Source: Gammaproteobacteria bacterium
Lineage (GTDB): Bacteria > Pseudomonadota > Gammaproteobacteria > UBA4575
Assembly (NCBI GenBank): GCA_965221955.1
Contig: CBDCTA010000022.1
Coordinates: 160,001 to 224,000 of the forward strand
Direction of reading: 5' to 3'
Length of the DNA: 64,000 bases
In this document: piece by piece, positions 1-8,428 of the stretch
How the letters are laid out: every line of letters starts with the position of its first letter
Numbering within the stretch: the stretch's first letter is position 1
The notes under the pieces: generated by a model
The model's database searches: none
Seen by the model: only the letters and a program-made list of their open reading frames with translations
What the model was told of the DNA's origin: nothing
Program-made: the position numbers and the translations under genes

Positions 1-906
1 GTTGATTTGCAGCAAAAAATTCCTGAATTACTTTCGTCAAGAGCACTGCATGCAGCATTTGCCTTTTTCACTGTAGGCATCTCACTCAAGTTAGCACTTT
101 TACCTCTGCATCTTTGGCTGCCTAATGCTTATGCCTACGCACCCTCTATGATCACGGTATTTTTGTCTGCGACCGCGACCAAAGTTTCTTTATATGTATT
201 ATTTAGATTTTTCTTTGGCTTGTTTTCAAACGAAATCACTTTTGAACATTTTCATTTAGATAAAATTCTAATCCCTTTATCAATACTTGCCATTCTCATT
301 GCATCATCGGTTGCAATTTTTCAAGACAACATAAAGAGAATGTTTGCCTATTCTAGTGTTGCGCAAATAGGTTACATGACGCTTGGCATTGGCTTAGCCA
401 CAAAAAGTGGCAGCATTGCGGGAATGCTACATATGTTTAACCACGCAATTATTAAAGGCGGGATTTTTCTAGCTATGGCCTGCATCGTGTTACGCACTAG
501 CTCCGTTCAATTAACTAACTTTGCTGGTTTAGGTAAACGCATGCCTTGGACGATGGCAGCCATATTATTATTGAGTCTTGGACTGATTGGTGTGCCTTTC
601 ACAGCTGGCTTTATTAGCAAGTGGTATCTATTAATCGCAGCTTTAGAACAAAACAATTGGTTTGTCGCTGCAGTCATTGTCGGTGGTTCATTGTTAGCGA
701 TCATTTATATCTGGAAAATCATCGAATATGCGTATTTAAGGACGCCAAGCAATGAAGCTGACAAAAATTCTACAGAACGTATAGAAGCACCACTACAAAT
801 GCTCATTCCACTTTGGTTATTGGTTGCAGCTAATTTTTATTTTGGCTTAAAAACCTCCTTTAGTTATGGTTTCGCCAGCACAGCTATTAATACTTTATTT
901 ATATAA
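1..906 (+). CDS. mrpD: Mrp/Mnh Na+/H+ antiporter subunit D family protein (5' truncated by window edge)
   Basis: Frame is open from base 1. Antiporter-like motifs LKLALLPLHLWLPNAY, KRMFAYSSVAQIGY, HAIIKGGIF, GVPFTAGFISKW. Confidence 0.85.
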   Translation, partial: VDLQQKIPELLSSRALHAAFAFFTVGISLKLALLPLHLWLPNAYAYAPSMITVFLSATATKVSLYVLFRFFFGLFSNEITFEHFHLDKILIPLSILAILIASSVAIFQDNIKRMFAYSSVAQIGYMTLGIGLATKSGSIAGMLHMFNHAIIKGGIFLAMACIVLRTSSVQLTNFAGLGKRMPWTMAAILLLSLGLIGVPFTAGFISKWYLLIAALEQNNWFVAAVIVGGSLLAIIYIWKIIEYAYLRTPSNEADKNSTERIEAPLQMLIPLWLLVAANFYFGLKTSFSYGFASTAINTLFI

Positions 907-920
907 ATACTAACTAATAG

Positions 921-2396
921 ATGAACCAATTTTTACAACATTTTGAATTTGCTGTTGTGATTCCATTGGTCGCAAGTTTGTTAATTCTGTTGTTTCGAAA
1001 TCATGAACAACTTCGAGAAGCTTCATCTTTATTAGTGGCTATAGGCTTATTTATTTTTACTGCACAATTTATAGGAACTGCACACTATGGTGTAACGCAT
1101 ACTTTATTTACCATCACTCCCGGGCTTTCTCTTGCATTCCACATTGAGCCCCTAGGTTTGATGTTTGCTTTACTCGCATCTGGTTTATGGATTGTTACCA
1201 CTATTTACTCAATCGGCTACATGCGAGGTAACAAAGAAAAAAATCAAACTCGGTTTTATTTGTTTTTCGCATTCTCTATTGCTGCTACCATGGGCATTGC
1301 TTTCGCAGCCAATTTGGCTACCTTATTTATTTTTTACGAAGCGCTAACGCTTTGTACTTTTCCTCTCGTCACGCATAAACAAAATGCGGATGCCCAATCA
1401 GGTGGGCGCACCTATTTAGGCATTTTACTTGGAACTTCCATCGTATTTTTCCTTACTGCAATTGTAATTACTTGGTTACAAGCAAACAGTTTAGATTTTA
1501 TCCCAGGCGGACTTCTACAAGGCAATATAGGAAAAACAGGTGCAGTAATTTTATTTACCCTATTTATGTTTGGCATTGGTAAGGCTGCACTAATGCCTTT
1601 TCATCGTTGGTTACCTGCTGCCATGGTGGCCCCTACTCCTGTAAGCGCGTTACTGCATGCAGTTGCAGTAGTAAAAGCAGGTGTATTCTCGGTATTAAAA
1701 ATTAGTGTATATATTTTTGGTATAGATTTATTAGCGGATCAAAATGCATCGCAGTGGATTTTATGGGTTGCCGTAGCAACTATGCTAATCGCATCCATAA
1801 TTGCTTTAAGCAAAGATAACTTTAAAGCACGACTTGCATACTCAACGATAAGTCAATTGTCTTACATTGTGATAGGCGCTACTTTAGCCAACCCAATCGC
1901 AGCATTGGGTGGCGCCATGCACATTGTTACGCATGCATTTGGAAAAATTACCTTATTCTTTTGCGCAGGCTCTGTGTATACCGCAACTAAGTGTACCCAA
2001 GTCAGTCAGCTAAATGGTTTGGGTAGAAAAATGCCTTTCACCTTTTCCGCTTATCTTATTGCAAGCATCAGCATCATCGGGTTGCCGCCATTAGTAGGTA
2101 GTTGGAGTAAATGGTTTTTAATTGAAGGCAGTTTAAGTGCAGAAAATTATATTGTATTGCTTGCGTTTGGTCTTAGCACACTACTTAACTGTGCTTACTT
2201 ATTACCTGTAGCGTTACGTGCATTCTTTAAAGCACCAAATGACGACATGAAAGACAAAATTGCTAGCTTCAAAGAGGCACCTTTTGCCTGCGTTGCACCT
2301 TTATTCTTTACCGCACTTGCTACTTTAGTGATGTTCTTTTATATACAACCCCTCTATGATTTTTTAGCACCGGTATTTATACAAAGCAATGGATAA
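921..2396 (+). CDS. Mrp antiporter subunit D/A-like membrane subunit (second paralog)
   Basis: GKAALMPFHRWLPAAMVAPTPVSALLH, RLAYSTISQLSY, HAFGKITLFF; ~14 TM segments; in operon. Confidence 0.85.
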   Translation: MNQFLQHFEFAVVIPLVASLLILLFRNHEQLREASSLLVAIGLFIFTAQFIGTAHYGVTHTLFTITPGLSLAFHIEPLGLMFALLASGLWIVTTIYSIGYMRGNKEKNQTRFYLFFAFSIAATMGIAFAANLATLFIFYEALTLCTFPLVTHKQNADAQSGGRTYLGILLGTSIVFFLTAIVITWLQANSLDFIPGGLLQGNIGKTGAVILFTLFMFGIGKAALMPFHRWLPAAMVAPTPVSALLHAVAVVKAGVFSVLKISVYIFGIDLLADQNASQWILWVAVATMLIASIIALSKDNFKARLAYSTISQLSYIVIGATLANPIAALGGAMHIVTHAFGKITLFFCAGSVYTATKCTQVSQLNGLGRKMPFTFSAYLIASISIIGLPPLVGSWSKWFLIEGSLSAENYIVLLAFGLSTLLNCAYLLPVALRAFFKAPNDDMKDKIASFKEAPFACVAPLFFTALATLVMFFYIQPLYDFLAPVFIQSNG

Positions 2397-2634
2397 CAAT
2401 AAAAAATACTGGCTAGACCAGCCCAAAAACATCAACAAGATTGTTTATGTTCTTTATGCAATTTGTGCGGCTTTGTTAGTCATAGAATTCTTTTACCATA
2501 AACATACTCATTTTAACTTTGAAAATTGGTTCGGTTTTTATGCTTGGTTTGGTTTTATTGCCTACATTAGCATTGTCATGAGTGCAAAATTTTTACGTAA
2601 GCTGATTAAACGCAAGGAAGATTATTATGACTAA
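2389..2634 (+). CDS. Small 2-TM membrane protein in the Mrp operon
   Basis: 81 aa with two hydrophobic stretches; overlaps both neighbours by 8 nt (translational coupling). Confidence 0.75.
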   Translation: MDNNKKYWLDQPKNINKIVYVLYAICAALLVIEFFYHKHTHFNFENWFGFYAWFGFIAYISIVMSAKFLRKLIKRKEDYYD

Positions 2635-4324
2635 TCTTCTTTTACATCCTGCGTTTATTTTAATCCTCGGAGGATTAATCCAAGTCGCCTTTCCCACACA
2701 ACTACGCAAAATATTTTTACTAGCACTCCCTGTGTTAGGTGTAACAGTATTGCTTAATTTAGATGCAGGCTTATACGGTAAGCTACAATTATTTAACTAT
2801 GAATTAACCCTGTTACGTTTAGACAAGCTAAGTTTTGTCTTTGCGCTCATCTTTCATATCGCGCTCTTTATTGTTGCCCTTTATGCATGGAAGGAAAAAG
2901 ATGTATTACAGCTTGCAAGTATGTTTGTGTATGCAGGGGCTGCAATTGGCGCAGTGTTAGCCGGTGACTTACTCACCTTATTTATTTTTTGGGAACTGAC
3001 TGCAGTCTCATCTGCACTACTAATTTGGGCGAATAAAACCAAAGGTGCGATGCGGGCAGGCCAACGCTACTTCATTATCCATGTTGCTTCAGGTTTGTTT
3101 TTATTAGCCGGAGCAATTCTCCATCATCACACTACGGGTTCATTGACATTTGATCACATCGGTATCGATACACTTTCAGGATGGTTGATCTTAATCGCTT
3201 TTGCGATCAAATGTGCTTTCCCTTTTCTACACAATTGGTTACAAGACTCTTACCCCGAAGCCAGTGTCGTCGGTACGGTTGCTTTATCCGTCTACACCAC
3301 AAAGCTTGCAATCTACGCTTTAGCGCGTGGATATGCGGGAACCGAAATGTTGATCTGGATTGGAGCCTTGATGACCGCATTCCCAATCTTTTTTGCAGTG
3401 ATTGAAAATGATTTACGCCGCGTACTTTCGTATAGCTTAAACAATCAACTCGGCTTCATGGTAGTCGGCATCGGCGTGGGCACAGAGATGGCTTTGAATG
3501 GAACTGCTGCACATGCATTTGCGCACATCTTGTATAAGGCGTTGTTATTCATGAGTATGGGTGCCGTGCTTTATCGTATCGGCACAACTAAAGCATCTGA
3601 ACTAGGCGGTTTATATAAATCCATGCCATGGACCGCAGGCTTTTGCATTATCGGTGCCATGTCCATCTCAGCTTTCCCATTACTAAGTGGCTTTGTCTCC
3701 AAAGCCATGATCCTCACTGCAGCTGCCGATGAAGGTCACTGGTTAATTTGGTTAGTGTTATTGTTTGCTTCAGCAGGTGTATTGGATCACTCAGGTATCA
3801 AAGTACCGTTCTTTAGCTTTTTCGCACACGATAGCGGTAAACGTTGTGCAGAAGCACCTACTAACATGTTGCTTGCAATGGGTATTGCAGCAGGTCTATG
3901 TATTGTTATTGGTGTTTACCCAAGTTTGTTATACAACCTACTTCCACACACAGTTGATTTTATTCCTTACACCGCTTCACATGTGATTACGCAACTACAA
4001 TTGCTATTGTTTTCAGCCTTAGCATTCACAGTGCTATATCGTAATAATTTATATCCGCCTGAAATCCGTGCGACTAATTTAGACTTTGACTGGTTCTACC
4101 GAAAACCGGGAGCTTATTTAGCAAGAGGTTTTGCTAACCTAATTGCGCATGGGGAAAAAGGCATCTTGTCTGGATTGAAAAAAATTCTATTTATTACTGG
4201 TAACCGATTGCATCGACATCATGGACCACAAGGTATTCTTTCTCGTACATGGCCTACGGGTAGCATGGTAATGTGGGTAGCCTTCTTATTAGGCGCTTAT
4301 TTGATTTTTTATTATATTTATTAG
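2627..4324 (+). CDS. Mrp Na+/H+ antiporter subunit D/A-like protein (third paralog)
   Basis: IKCAFPFLHNWLQDSYPEA, ENDLRRVLSYS, HAFAHILYKALLFM, FPLLSGFVSK. Confidence 0.85.
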   Translation: MTNLLLHPAFILILGGLIQVAFPTQLRKIFLLALPVLGVTVLLNLDAGLYGKLQLFNYELTLLRLDKLSFVFALIFHIALFIVALYAWKEKDVLQLASMFVYAGAAIGAVLAGDLLTLFIFWELTAVSSALLIWANKTKGAMRAGQRYFIIHVASGLFLLAGAILHHHTTGSLTFDHIGIDTLSGWLILIAFAIKCAFPFLHNWLQDSYPEASVVGTVALSVYTTKLAIYALARGYAGTEMLIWIGALMTAFPIFFAVIENDLRRVLSYSLNNQLGFMVVGIGVGTEMALNGTAAHAFAHILYKALLFMSMGAVLYRIGTTKASELGGLYKSMPWTAGFCIIGAMSISAFPLLSGFVSKAMILTAAADEGHWLIWLVLLFASAGVLDHSGIKVPFFSFFAHDSGKRCAEAPTNMLLAMGIAAGLCIVIGVYPSLLYNLLPHTVDFIPYTASHVITQLQLLLFSALAFTVLYRNNLYPPEIRATNLDFDWFYRKPGAYLARGFANLIAHGEKGILSGLKKILFITGNRLHRHHGPQGILSRTWPTGSMVMWVAFLLGAYLIFYYIY

Positions 4325-4773
4325 TGAAACGTTTTTTTCTCGTCTTCTTGTAATTCTATTTTTTCTTCATCTGCAGGTACCAAAGCAGGTCTGAGTTCAG
4401 GCGATGCATGGTGCAGAATCATATGCCAACTATCATTTTTTAGACGATAGATATTCGTGGCAATGATCTCTGATTGCAGTTCGCCGCCCATATAAATCGA
4501 CTCAATGACATGGTGAATTGCAAAATCCTTTTCTAGCAGTACTCTTTTTTGATTGATCTCAAATTTAATTCCATTTTCATGGCTAAATATTTGCTCCCAG
4601 CTTTCGCGCACGTTCAGCTGTCCTTCTAAACGTGTGCCACCAGGATGAATACAGGTAATATCTTGGTCTTTAGCCCAAACCGTCATCATCAGCTCTAAAT
4701 CAGCCTGTTGAAAAGCTGCATAAAATGCTTTTTCAGCTTCATCTGATGTAGAAAAGGTATTTTTTTCTTGCAT
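4321..4773 (-). CDS. SnoaL-like / NTF2-fold protein
   Basis: AEKAFYAAF...DLELMMTVW...CIHPGG...ATNIY...WHMILHHAS pattern. Start placed at MQEK (4773). Confidence 0.8.
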   Translation of the reverse strand: MQEKNTFSTSDEAEKAFYAAFQQADLELMMTVWAKDQDITCIHPGGTRLEGQLNVRESWEQIFSHENGIKFEINQKRVLLEKDFAIHHVIESIYMGGELQSEIIATNIYRLKNDSWHMILHHASPELRPALVPADEEKIELQEDEKKTFH

Positions 4774-4828
4774 AGTAGTAAGAAGATTGATTATTAATAG
4801 TTTCAATTAGCAAACCACATAAACCAAT

Positions 4829-5167
4829 ATGTCTCAAGAAAAAAAGTTAGCTTGTTTAGATGAAATCAGTGATCCAGGTAGCAAAGGTATCAGTCTTGAC
4901 CACAAAGATACAAAACTTGAGCTGTTCATCATCAAAAAAGATTCTCAAATCTCAGTCTATAAAAATTCGTGCCCACATACTCAAGGACCTCTCGATTGGA
5001 GCCCTGATCAATTTTTAAACCTCGAGAATGATTACATTATGTGTGCAAATCATGGGGCGTTATTCGAAATCAATTCTGGTTTATGCGTATATGGGCCGTG
5101 TAAAAAGCAAAGTCTTGAAGCATTACCCTTCACTATAAAGAACAATATTATTTATTTGCGCGTCTAG
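4829..5167 (+). CDS. Rieske [2Fe-2S] ferredoxin
   Basis: CPH...CANHGA Rieske ligands plus GPC motif. Confidence 0.9.
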   Translation: MSQEKKLACLDEISDPGSKGISLDHKDTKLELFIIKKDSQISVYKNSCPHTQGPLDWSPDQFLNLENDYIMCANHGALFEINSGLCVYGPCKKQSLEALPFTIKNNIIYLRV

Positions 5168-5184
5168 CTTAGTCACTACACTGA

Positions 5185-6093
5185 ATGCTATATCGATTTA
5201 ACCTTTTATTTCCTGTTTGGGCAATTTTGTTAAGCATCATTGCTTATTTTCTACCTACATATTTTATTCCCCTAAAACCCAGCATTATTTATTTACTCGC
5301 CATCGTTATGCTAGGCATGGGTATTACCTTAAATGTAGATGACTTTAAAAAAATACTTTCACTTAAGACCGTTGTGGTTGTAGGCCTGATTTTACAATTC
5401 AGCGTTATGCCTTTCAGCGCATGGTTAATCAGTTTAAGCCTGGGCCTCTCTCTTCCTTTGCTGACTGGAATGCTTCTTGTGGGAACTTGTCCCAGCGGTA
5501 CAGCCTCGAATGTGATTTGCTATTTGGCTAAAGGCAACGTTGCACTTTCTTTAGCATTAACCAGTTGCTCAACTTTATTAGCGGTCATTGCTACACCTTT
5601 GCTCACATGGCTATATCTAGGAGAAAGCGTGGAAGTGCCTGTGAGCAACATGATGATTACTATGCTAAAAGTGATCATCATCCCCGTTGCAGTTGGTGTA
5701 CTGATTAATCATTCCTTACGCACAAAAATTAATGCTGTACTGAAAATATTTCCGAGTATTTCAATACTTAGTATTTGCTTAATCATTGCGATTATCATCG
5801 CGAGCAATCAAAGTAAACTTCAAAATTTAGCCATCATTGTGATCACTGCCGTTGTGCTGCATAACCTAGTTGGACTCATTGCAGGCTATACACTGAGTAA
5901 ATTACTTGGCTATGATCATAAAATCTCAAAAACACTTGCTATTGAGGTGGGAATGCAAAATTCTGGTCTGGCAGTGGCATTAGCCAGCCAATATTTTCAA
6001 CCCATCGCTGCACTACCTGGTGCAGTTTTTTCAATCTGGCATAATCTATCCGGGTCGATCCTTGCTACAATGTGGTCAAAATCTAAACAATAA
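5185..6093 (+). CDS. Bile acid:sodium symporter family transporter (PanS-like)
   Basis: MLGMGITL, CPSGTASNV, IEVGMQNSGLA, SIWHNLSG motifs. Confidence 0.9.
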   Translation: MLYRFNLLFPVWAILLSIIAYFLPTYFIPLKPSIIYLLAIVMLGMGITLNVDDFKKILSLKTVVVVGLILQFSVMPFSAWLISLSLGLSLPLLTGMLLVGTCPSGTASNVICYLAKGNVALSLALTSCSTLLAVIATPLLTWLYLGESVEVPVSNMMITMLKVIIIPVAVGVLINHSLRTKINAVLKIFPSISILSICLIIAIIIASNQSKLQNLAIIVITAVVLHNLVGLIAGYTLSKLLGYDHKISKTLAIEVGMQNSGLAVALASQYFQPIAALPGAVFSIWHNLSGSILATMWSKSKQ

Positions 6094-6110
6094 GAAATAG
6101 GCTTGAAAAT

Positions 6111-6407
6111 ATGTCATTAAACACATCGATTTCTGTATTAAGTGCGCTCATTAGTTGGGCATTAGCGATCTTTTTAGGAATACAATTACTATCTGGCACC
6201 TTTGACGGACGTACATGTCAAACTTCGTGTGTGCAGACCGTGTTTTGGGTTTCTTTTGCAATCGCCTTGGTAGGCTTAGTTTTTAGTGTTGGAGGAATTT
6301 CTGTTGGCAAATCAAACTTACTCAAAACGCTTTCACTTTTAGCTTTAGTGGGTTTAGCAGGAATTTATATCACGACAATCTTGATTGGAAATTTTAATAT
6401 TCTTTAA
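6111..6407 (+). CDS. Hypothetical 3-TM membrane protein with a CxxxC loop
   Basis: 98-aa ORF with three hydrophobic helices and TCQTSC. Confidence 0.6.
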   Translation: MSLNTSISVLSALISWALAIFLGIQLLSGTFDGRTCQTSCVQTVFWVSFAIALVGLVFSVGGISVGKSNLLKTLSLLALVGLAGIYITTILIGNFNIL

Positions 6408-6517
6408 TGTAAAAAAGATTTAACACTTCGTAGTTAAATTTACATATAAAATTATAGATCTCTTTATTCTTACACATAAGTGTATATTCAATTTATTAAT
6501 TAAAACGGGAGTGACTG

Positions 6518-6850
6518 ATGGCTGCAAAATTCGAATTATATAAAGACAAAAAAGGCGAATTTAGATTTAGACTAAAATCCAGCAATGGCGAAAATATTCT
6601 TGCAAGCGAGGGATATAAAGCCAAGACTAGTGCAAAAAATGGCATTGAGTCTGTCAAAAAGAATGCTAAAGATGCAAAACGCTTTGAAGTTAAGAAATCA
6701 AAAAGCGGAAAGCATATGTTTAATTTAAAGGCAGGAAATTCTCAGGTCATTGGCACATCACAAATGTACAAAACTGAAGCAGCTTGCAATAACGGGGTTA
6801 AGAGTGTGAAAACCAACGCGCCTAAAGCGAAAGTAGAAGATCTTTGTTAA
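6518..6850 (+). CDS. yegP: YegP / UPF0339 (tandem DUF1508) protein
   Basis: Two repeats (FRFRLKSSNGENILASEGY...NGIESVK and FNLKAGNSQVIGTSQMY...NGVKSVK); GGGAG RBS. Confidence 0.9.
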   Translation: MAAKFELYKDKKGEFRFRLKSSNGENILASEGYKAKTSAKNGIESVKKNAKDAKRFEVKKSKSGKHMFNLKAGNSQVIGTSQMYKTEAACNNGVKSVKTNAPKAKVEDLC

Positions 6851-6886
6851 TAGTTCACATTTCTGAATAAGAGCTACAACTAGAAC

Positions 6887-6936
6887 AACTGTCATGGATG
6901 ACGGAAGTACTAGAAACGCAAGATTCAATTTCTAGC
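6887..6936 (+). repeat. CATGGATG double-hairpin REP-like unit, type 2
   Basis: ctgtc-ATGGAT-gacgg hairpin, then aagta, then ctagaaa...tttctag hairpin. Homologous to the reverse complement of the units at 8247-8344. Confidence 0.7.
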
Positions 6937-7004
6937 GAGTTGCAACAAATACAAAAATCAGTGGTTTGTTTGTGCAGGTTGGGAAGTTCAAATCAAGCAT
7001 TCAT

Positions 7005-7080
7005 ATGTCCGCTTTCGATCCAAAGTGTGAGCCCATGGATGGGCGAATAAGATGTGCAACAAGGATGTTGCATCAGATTC
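7005..7080. other. Palindromic 11-6-11 recombination-site-like sequence A, right arm interrupted by a REP-like unit
   Basis: ATGTCCGCTTT-CGATCC-AAAG[insert]CAGATTC. Confidence 0.55.
7025..7075 (+). repeat. CATGGATG double-hairpin REP-like unit, type 1
   Basis: gccc-ATGGAT-gggc and tgcaaca-AGGA-tgttgca hairpins; 38/51 identical to the reverse complement of 8378-8428. Confidence 0.75.
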
Positions 7081-7098
7081 AATATTCCTTTTAATAGA

Positions 7099-7126
7099 AT
7101 ATTCGCTAACAACCCAAAGCAGACAT
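7099..7126. other. Palindromic 11-6-11 recombination-site-like sequence B (uninterrupted)
   Basis: ATATTCGCTAA-CAACCC-AAAGCAGACAT, 28 nt upstream of the deiminase ATG. Confidence 0.55.
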
Positions 7127-7154
7127 TTAGACCCCTTCTGCTTCAACAATAATA

Positions 7155-8207
7155 ATGAAAAACATTGTTCTAATAATATTAGCCATTTTTACTCTAATTT
7201 ATAATAATTCAATGGCTAATGAATCAACTAAAGATCGTAATGCTCAAAAGGAATTGATCGTACTTTCAGCACCAATTACAGATGATCCTTATTACATGGA
7301 TGTGGCAGATACTATCTTAGATTTTCATATTCAGTATGTTCAACAAATTGTAAGCCATGACAATGTTTTGATCTTTGTGGATGAGGGGGCCTACGATCGA
7401 TATGTGGATGAGATTGGTGAAGATAAAGTTGTTATTGCACCAATGTCCGATATTTGGATGCGTGATTTTGGATTATCAAATGCAAATAACCCGGTCATGT
7501 TTCGATATACCGCAGAAGGTCAAGGGCGCGGTGAAAAAGGTCAGCGTGCTGCAGATGCTGTACAAAAACAATTAGCCATAATTCTCGAAGAGTCGGATAT
7601 TACATATCTTGAAACAGATTTATTGAATGATGGGGGTAATTTTGTTGATGATTATGCCGGTAACGTAGTAATCAGCAGAAAATTCCTGCGTGATAATAAG
7701 TTAAGCGAAGAGCAAGCGCGCGAAAAGCTGCGTGAATTAACAGATGTTAAGAATATTGCCTTCATCGAGTCTGATGAGCAAGGAGGGTTAGAGCATGCAG
7801 ATGGGGTGGTTGCCTTTGTAGATACCAATACACTCATTATTAATACTTACGAAGATGACCCTGAGTATGCAAAAGAGCTAAGAGCTGATCTTGAATTTGG
7901 TCTACCAGGTGTAATTATTCACGAAATTATTACACCATATGATGACAGTAAAATCTATGATCAACGTTTTGGGTCTGCTTGTGGGCTTTATACCAATACT
8001 TTAGTAACCCCGCATAGGGTCTATCTTCCTCAATTTGGAATTCCCGAAGATAAGATTGCTATCGATCAAGTACGCGCTGCAACGACACGTGAAGTAGTGC
8101 CAGTCTCATCATATCAAGTATGTTCAATGGGTGGAGGGGTGCGATGTATGTCTTGGCAACTACGTGGTGATAACGCAAATGCACTGCTAAAATATTTCGA
8201 AAAATAA
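7155..8207 (+). CDS. Secreted agmatine deiminase / Porphyromonas-type peptidylarginine deiminase family protein
   Basis: DIWMRD, DGGN, EHADG and GGGVRCMSWQ (Cys nucleophile) motifs; N-terminal signal-peptide-like sequence. Confidence 0.85.
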   Translation: MKNIVLIILAIFTLIYNNSMANESTKDRNAQKELIVLSAPITDDPYYMDVADTILDFHIQYVQQIVSHDNVLIFVDEGAYDRYVDEIGEDKVVIAPMSDIWMRDFGLSNANNPVMFRYTAEGQGRGEKGQRAADAVQKQLAIILEESDITYLETDLLNDGGNFVDDYAGNVVISRKFLRDNKLSEEQAREKLRELTDVKNIAFIESDEQGGLEHADGVVAFVDTNTLIINTYEDDPEYAKELRADLEFGLPGVIIHEIITPYDDSKIYDQRFGSACGLYTNTLVTPHRVYLPQFGIPEDKIAIDQVRAATTREVVPVSSYQVCSMGGGVRCMSWQLRGDNANALLKYFEK

Positions 8208-8229
8208 ATGTAGTTTGATTATTTCTTTA

Positions 8230-8354
8230 ATGTCTGCTACTGGCCGACAGAAATTTGCTCCTCGCCAATTGCTCCATGCATTGCTCTACCTCCTACATCC
8301 ATGTAGTCGTGCAATTTCTGCACTTCCACCCTCCATGGCGGTCGAAGCGGACGT
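8230..8354. other. Palindromic 11-6-11 recombination-site-like sequence C, interrupted by nested REP-like units
   Basis: ATGTCTGCTAC-TGGCCG-[insert]-GAAGCGGACGT, 22 nt after the deiminase stop. Confidence 0.55.
8247..8344 (-). repeat. Two nested type-2 REP-like units (inner unit 8263-8310)
   Basis: Outer cagaaatttgctcct[...]gcaatttctg-cacttcc-accctccatggcggtcg; inner cgccaattgctccatgcattgctc-tacctcc-tacatccatgta-gtcg has the same layout. Confidence 0.7.
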
Positions 8355-8377
8355 TTTAAGATCGATTATCTTTAACT

Positions 8378-8428
8378 TGTTACTTCGTCCCTGATGGACA
8401 TCATATTCGCACTTCCCTGTGCTCACAC
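8378..8428 (-). repeat. REP-like unit, type 1, overlapping the recG stop codon
   Basis: Minus strand gtgtgagcacagggaagtgcgaatatgatgtccatcagggacgaagtaaca aligns without gaps to 7025-7075. Confidence 0.7.

Noticed and set aside
7005-8354. Integron attC sites or chromosomal dif around the deiminase
   Set aside because: No RYYYAAC...GTTRRRY ends, no intI in the window, and the arms do not match the XerC/XerD consensus. Kept as a distinct site type instead.
6887-8428. CRISPR array or composite transposon
   Set aside because: Units are not regularly spaced identical repeats with unique spacers. No cas or transposase gene, and no clear target duplication around the whole block.
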